The translations under genes were made by a program, and so were the position numbers. Positions 61,451 through 64,000 of a stretch of DNA of 64,000 bases are shown piece by piece. Positions within the stretch are counted from its first letter, which is position 1. The number at the start of each line of letters is the position of its first letter. Origin of the DNA: Octopus bimaculoides. Taxonomy: Eukaryota. The stretch is from positions 109,936,160 through 110,000,159 of the forward strand of contig NC_068981.1 of the NCBI RefSeq assembly GCF_001194135.2, in the 5' to 3' direction. Below the pieces are notes generated by a model. That model worked only from the letters and a program-made list of their open reading frames with translations, made no database searches and had not been told where the DNA came from.

Positions 61451-62143
61451 CAAAAACATTAGCAGGTATGAAACAGAAGACATGAAAAGAGATATAAGTG
61501 GGTTTCTGAATGCTCGTAGGGATATGTGGCACACATTGAGGATGACAGTTTAATAAAGAAATGCAAACTGATTAAAAGAATGTGCAATAGTGATGGATCA
61601 AGAAAGACAGGGAAGAAATAATGAAAGTTGATTTCAGAAAGCAGATGGCAAAGGACTACAACAAGTAGTGAAATACTGTAGTGGAGAATACCCATTCAAC
61701 CAATATGCAAATATGGAAAAACAAGCGTAAGATGACGAGTCTACATATTTCTAAAATAAAAAGAAATCTACGGAGATATCTTTATTGTCAGGCCAATCAT
61801 TATACCTATAGAACAAGTAAACACAGTCATTTCACATGGGCTTACTAGCATGTGTATATATCTATGAGGTCGTAAATAAAGTAGACAATCAGAACAGAGT
61901 TCAAATCTTGATATCCCTATGTTCTATTTCTTCAAACACTGTTAACTCATCAGTGGCTAATCTTAAACTCAAATAATTATTTAAAACAAATACAACTCAA
62001 CAAGTTAGTGTGTGTTTAAGATTGTGTGTGTGCACATGTGTGAATGATACTTTTACATTTTCAGAAATCCAATGAAATCGAGACATTAAGCTTCTTGCCA
62101 AGAGTTACTTTCAGACATAAGTTACATTGAATTTACAAACTTG

Positions 62144-62187
<44 letters not shown>

Positions 62188-62268
62188 TCTATCTTAGCAT
62201 TGAATACTCTCTTCACTAATTGAAGTTATATAATACTAGATATGTGTGTAAGCAAGTGCATTATACAG

Positions 62269-62825
62269 GTAAATTAGGACTCAAATAACCAGTAAATTAA
62301 CTCTTGATAATGCTTTCTGAACAATTTACTTTAATAATTTTGATGAGTTGGAATAGTAAATCGCTAGGAAGGACATGTGGCTAGTTGTTAGGTTAATTAG
62401 CTAAATGCAATCACTGTTTTGAGCATGCTTATATTTATTTAGACATTTATTTATTTATTTATTTTAAGAGAAAGAAGGTAGTCAGGATTTGGATAAAACT
62501 ATTTCTTTAGTGCTTTCATCCTCTTGAAGGATTCATCATGAAATGATTTCATTATTTCATTATAAATCCTTCAAAGGGAAGAAAGCACTAAATAGTTTTT
62601 ATTCAAATCCTGACTACCTTCTTTCTCTTAAAATAAATAAATAAATAAATGTCTAAATAAATATAAGCATGCTCAAAGCAGTGATCACATGTAGCTAATT
62701 AACCTAACAATTAGCCACATATCTTCCTCGCCATTTACTATTCCAATTCAACAAAATTATCAAAGTAAATTGCTCAGAAAGCATTATCAAGAGTTAAGTT
62801 ATTAGATATTTGAGTCCTAATTTAC
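62269..62825. repeat. ~555-bp foldback (long inverted repeat, MITE-like)
   Basis: 62269-~62535 is the reverse complement of ~62560-62825 (gtaaattaggactcaaata ... tatttgagtcctaatttac) around a ~30-nt spacer. Confidence 0.9.
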
Positions 62826-62954
62826 ATTTTTCTAATTTTTCTTAATATATAAAATCTGTACACCCCATATACATATATGGACATGTTTGTATGGATGGTT
62901 GGAAATGAATAACACTGCATGCATGATGGTGACATTCAATTACACACACATGTG

Positions 62955-64000
62955 CACGGAGGGGCTGCAAAGTTCATAAGCTGACTATGAGGGAGTGACA
63001 CTAGACTTGTGAAATCTTGCATGCATTCATTTCAACTCTTCTTATTAATAACTGCATTGTTTCTTTCCAGGTAAACTGACATCTGACTGTTTAAAGAAGA
63101 CTTCAAAAGTAACTAAAAGCAACTTCACTTGTAAATGAACAAAATTTAGCATCATGGTGTCATCAAGTACCTGCAGAAAAACAGTTTAGCCACCACCCCA
63201 CCCCCAGACATTAATACTGACATCGTTACTACAAAAGGGGATGAAACTTTCCAGCTTAATCAGCAGTGCAAAAGCAGACAGTTGAATTTAAGAAAGGAAG
63301 AGAGAGAGTTTTGAAGATGACCCAAGGTCTGGACATTCTGAGGAAAATGTTGTTCACCATGTGGATGGATGACAGGTGATTCACTATAAATCAAATAGCC
63401 AATGCTATTAGCCTATTCTGTGAGAGAGTTGAGAATATTCTGCACAATGAACTTGGCAAGATGAAGGTTTCTGCTTGATGGCTACCATGTCTTCTGATAT
63501 CTGACCAAAAGCATACCAGGCTGATCACATCATGGAAAAATCTGACATTGTTTGAGGCAGATCCAACTGGTTTCCTTGAACATTTCCTAACCTAAGGTGA
63601 GTGTTGGTTTCATCACTTTGAGCTGGAGACGAAAAGACAATCCATGCAGTGGAAACAGCCCTCCTCACCTGCTCCAAAGAGGGCCAAGGTTGTTTTTTCT
63701 GCAGGGAAGGCGATGGTCTCAGTGTTTTGGGATGCAAAGATATTGTGTTTATTGACTATCTTCTAAGGAGCCACACTATCAATGGAAAGTACTACGGCAA
63801 CTTGTTGTGGCAGTTACAAAAGGCTATCAAGACCAAATGCTCAGGAAAACTGACAAAAAGGGTCTTGTTTCAGCAAGGCAATGCTCCAGTACACAAGTCC
63901 TTAGTTTCTATGTCTGCTATGTGTGACTGTGGCGTACTGGTTGATCACCCTGATTTGGTCTCATCTGACTATCAACTGTTCCCCATAATGAAAAAATATT
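62955..64000 (+). mobile_element. Mariner transposon, decayed, runs off the window end
   Basis: HHGVIKYL, EFKKGRESFEDDPRSG, ECWFHHFELETKRQSMQWK, SAGKAMVSVFWDAK, QGNAPVHKS, DLVSSDYQLFP. Confidence 0.9.

Noticed and set aside
61925-61960. Minus-strand CTGATGAG...GAAA
   Set aside because: Helix II and III do not pair; chance match.

Overview
AT-rich eukaryotic (animal) genomic DNA with (TA)n/(TG)n/(AAT)n/(GAT)n microsatellites and six N-gaps. The repeat families (abundant RTE LINEs ending in ...ccagcatggaaa...gttaaatgatgatg, tRNA-derived SINEs) look like those I recall from octopus; this is inference, not a search result. No prokaryotic genes, rRNA or CRISPR. Contents: (1) one probable intron-rich protein-coding gene on the minus strand, seen as about 17 short candidate exons between ~59.7 kb and ~1.8 kb, some joining in compatible phase, with weak colinear resemblance to FANCB; (2) decayed transposons: many RTE LINE fragments (with a PHD-like Cys/His finger inside the RT region), a Penelope-like element with inverted terminal repeats, a DD37E Tc1-like element with long TIRs, two mariners (one with nested insertions), Helitron fragments, a HERO/R2-like 3' end, SINEs and MITEs; (3) at least four minimal type I hammerhead ribozyme motifs, three of them in the sense orientation of the host introns. 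Exon boundaries were inferred by eye, and transposon boundaries are approximate unless a TSD or TIR is given.
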